IMG/VR virus record: IMGVR_UViG_2061766007_000712
Strand: one strand, 5' to 3'
DNA length: 543 nt
DNA from: an uncultured virus (IMG/VR IMGVR_UViG_2061766007_000712)
Taxonomy: Duplodnaviria; Heunggongvirae; Uroviricota; Caudoviricetes
Shown here: piece by piece, positions 1 through 543 of the stretch
Layout of the letters: every line of letters begins with the position of its first letter
How positions within the stretch are numbered: the stretch's first letter is position 1
Program-made: the position numbers and the translations under genes
Notes under the pieces: model-generated
What the model was told of the DNA's origin: nothing
Database searches by the model: none
The model's input: only the letters and a program-made list of their open reading frames with translations

Positions 1-39
1 AATTCCATACAGGATATTAAGCCCATTCATAAGCACCAT
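1..39 (-). CDS. Possible N-terminus of a downstream gene running off the left edge (MVLMNGLNILYGI...)
   Basis: ATG at 39-37 and an in-frame ATG at 30-28 open a frame that stays open for 13 codons to the window edge, directly downstream of the structured region. There is no well-spaced Shine-Dalgarno (GGAGG at 70-66 is 26 nt upstream of ATG39), and the frame is too short to recognise. Confidence 0.2.
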   Translation of the reverse strand, partial: MVLMNGLNILYGI

Positions 40-128
40 TTAGTAGATATTATATGGTTTATTTGCCTCCCCATACTTACTAATGTGCGACCTATGTGCA
101 ACCATAGACCTTGCAATATATCTACTTA

Positions 129-148
129 ATGCTACTTATAAGTAGCAT
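129..148. repeat. Perfect 20-bp palindrome ATGCTACTTA|TAAGTAGCAT (hairpin with 8-bp stem and TATA loop, or an operator)
   Basis: Read directly: 129-138 is the exact reverse complement of 139-148. It extends to 125-151 (CTT/AAG) with a 1-nt bulge. Confidence 0.95.
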
Positions 149-167
149 AAGACAAAAATATTATTTA

Positions 168-206
168 GTTTACTATTGTTTAAAGGTACAATAGTATAAA
201 CCTTTA
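168..206. other. Interlocked inverted repeats (pseudoknot or alternative hairpins)
   Basis: TACTATTGT (171-179) pairs with ACAATAGTA (188-196). The loop sequence TAAAGGT (181-187) is the exact reverse complement of ACCTTTA (200-206). GTTT (168-171) can also pair with AAAC (198-201). Confidence 0.75.
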
Positions 207-236
207 GATACTCCTTCCTAGTAAAGACAGTATCTA
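205..236. other. Stem-loop with an 8-bp perfect basal stem
   Basis: TAGATACT (205-212) pairs with AGTATCTA (229-236). An inner CTT/AAG pairing (214-216/224-226) is also possible. Confidence 0.75.
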
Positions 237-266
237 TACATTGCATTTTGCTGTACATTGTTTCTA

Positions 267-283
267 GTCAAATTATCTTTGAC
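267..283 (-). other. 5'-terminal hairpin of the predicted transcript
   Basis: The minus strand reads GUCAAA-GAUAA-UUUGAC, a 6-bp perfect stem whose first base is the predicted +1. Confidence 0.6.
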
Positions 284-289
284 ACCTTA

Positions 290-318
290 ATATTACCACA
301 TTTTGTAATTTTTGTCAA
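290..318 (-). promoter_or_regulatory. Sigma-70/sigma-A-type promoter with extended -10, firing leftwards; predicted TSS about 283
   Basis: The minus strand reads TTGACA (318-313, perfect -35), then aaaattacaaaaTGTGg (exactly 17 nt, ending in the TRTGn extended -10 motif typical of Firmicutes), then TAATAT (295-290; 4/6, retaining the key T, A and final T). A purine (G283) lies 7 nt downstream. Confidence 0.8.
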
Positions 319-434
319 CATAGGTAAATTTTTTATTGGAGTTATGGGAGGAGGTAATTGTAGCGATTTTCAATTTCTCTTTTGGGGGTGGGTAAGTAGT
401 GGCTTTTCTTTGTTTACTTTCGTTATTGTATAAT

Positions 435-462
435 ATTATAAGTTAACTATATTATTTTTTAA
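435..462 (-). promoter_or_regulatory. Possible second, upstream leftward promoter
   Basis: The minus strand has TTAAAA (462-457; 4/6 -35), a 16-nt spacer and a perfect TATAAT (440-435), with A/T tracts upstream. The region is about 13% GC, so chance matches are likely. Confidence 0.3.
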
Positions 463-543
463 TGATTTTATATCTATCTTTTTTTTATATCTTTTTTACA
501 TTTTGTTATTATCTATATATTAAAAAGACAAAATATAATTACC

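Larger units (their letters stand above)
21..283 (-). ncRNA. Putative structured ncRNA or 5' leader of unknown family (3' end uncertain, may extend past the left edge)
   Basis: It starts at the predicted TSS and is tiled by stems: 283-278/272-267 (6 bp), 255-237 (4+3 bp, weak), 236-229/212-205 (8 bp), 196-188/179-171 (9 bp), 148-141/136-129 (8 bp), 126-118/50-42 (9 bp, enclosing hairpins 110-89 and 75-53), and 34-21 (5 bp). Hairpins 110-89 and 34-21 each need two G-U pairs that exist only on the minus strand. There is no long minus-strand ORF in the supplied track. Confidence 0.65.

Noticed and set aside
129..148. Palindrome as a rho-independent terminator or CRISPR repeat
   Set aside because: There is no downstream U-tract on either strand, and it is a single copy with no repeat-spacer periodicity.
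165..205. Resemblance to a preQ1-I riboswitch (AAAGG...CCUUU stem followed by a tail ending AAACUAA on the minus strand)
   Set aside because: The loop begins UUU rather than UUC and lacks the ligand-pairing C at its 3' end. The tail is longer than usual and is itself complementary to the loop over 9 bp.
96..264. Fragments resembling a c-di-GMP-II riboswitch (GTGCAACC at 96-103, GAAACAATG at 264-256)
   Set aside because: The two fragments are on opposite strands and the intervening GGGCAC pseudoknot motif is absent.
264..283. GTCAA...TTGACTAG start reminiscent of HEARO/IscB omega-RNA 5' stems
   Set aside because: The hairpin is much shorter than I would expect and I recognise no further similarity downstream. 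A covariance-model search would be needed to decide.
268..321. Minus-strand 17-codon ORF (MLTKITKCGNIKVSKII)
   Set aside because: It has no RBS, overlaps the promoter boxes, and its length is expected by chance.
375..420. Plus-strand terminator or G-quadruplex at the G-run followed by T-rich sequence
   Set aside because: There is no stable GC stem directly before the T-run, and only three G-tracts of three or more bases are present, widely spaced.
248..433. Supplied 61-aa plus-strand ORF (hydrophobic; considered as a type I toxin antisense to the ncRNA)
   Set aside because: It has a TTG start with no Shine-Dalgarno upstream. The F/I/L/V richness follows from the T-rich strand, there is no charged C-terminal tail, and it runs across the strong minus-strand promoter. 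The internal ATG at 344 has GGAG only 2 nt upstream. It is not formally excluded without Ribo-seq or homology searches.
495..523. Rightward promoter TTTACA...TATATT
   Set aside because: The spacer is only 15 nt to the best -10, and such matches are common at about 10% GC.
149..533. Direct repeat AAGACAAAA at 149-157 and 525-533, and TACATTG at 237-243 and 254-260
   Set aside because: These are short, AT-rich matches expected by chance, and they do not bound any recognisable element.

Overview
This is an AT-rich window (about 27% GC overall, about 13% GC in 421-543) that looks intergenic, with low-GC Firmicutes-like signals and no convincing complete CDS. The main signal is on the minus strand: a near-consensus sigma-70/sigma-A promoter (TTGACA-N17-TAATAT with a TGTG extended -10, 318->290). 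Its predicted +1 (about G283) coincides with the first base of a series of stem-loops that covers most of 283->21. The series includes a perfect 20-bp palindrome, an interlocked pseudoknot/switch element, and a three-way-junction domain whose G-U pairs favour the minus strand. I read this as a structured non-coding RNA or long 5' leader of about 245-280 nt that I cannot assign to a known family. It probably precedes a gene running off the left edge. The supplied 61-aa ORF is probably spurious. All pairings were found by eye; no folding or database search was run.
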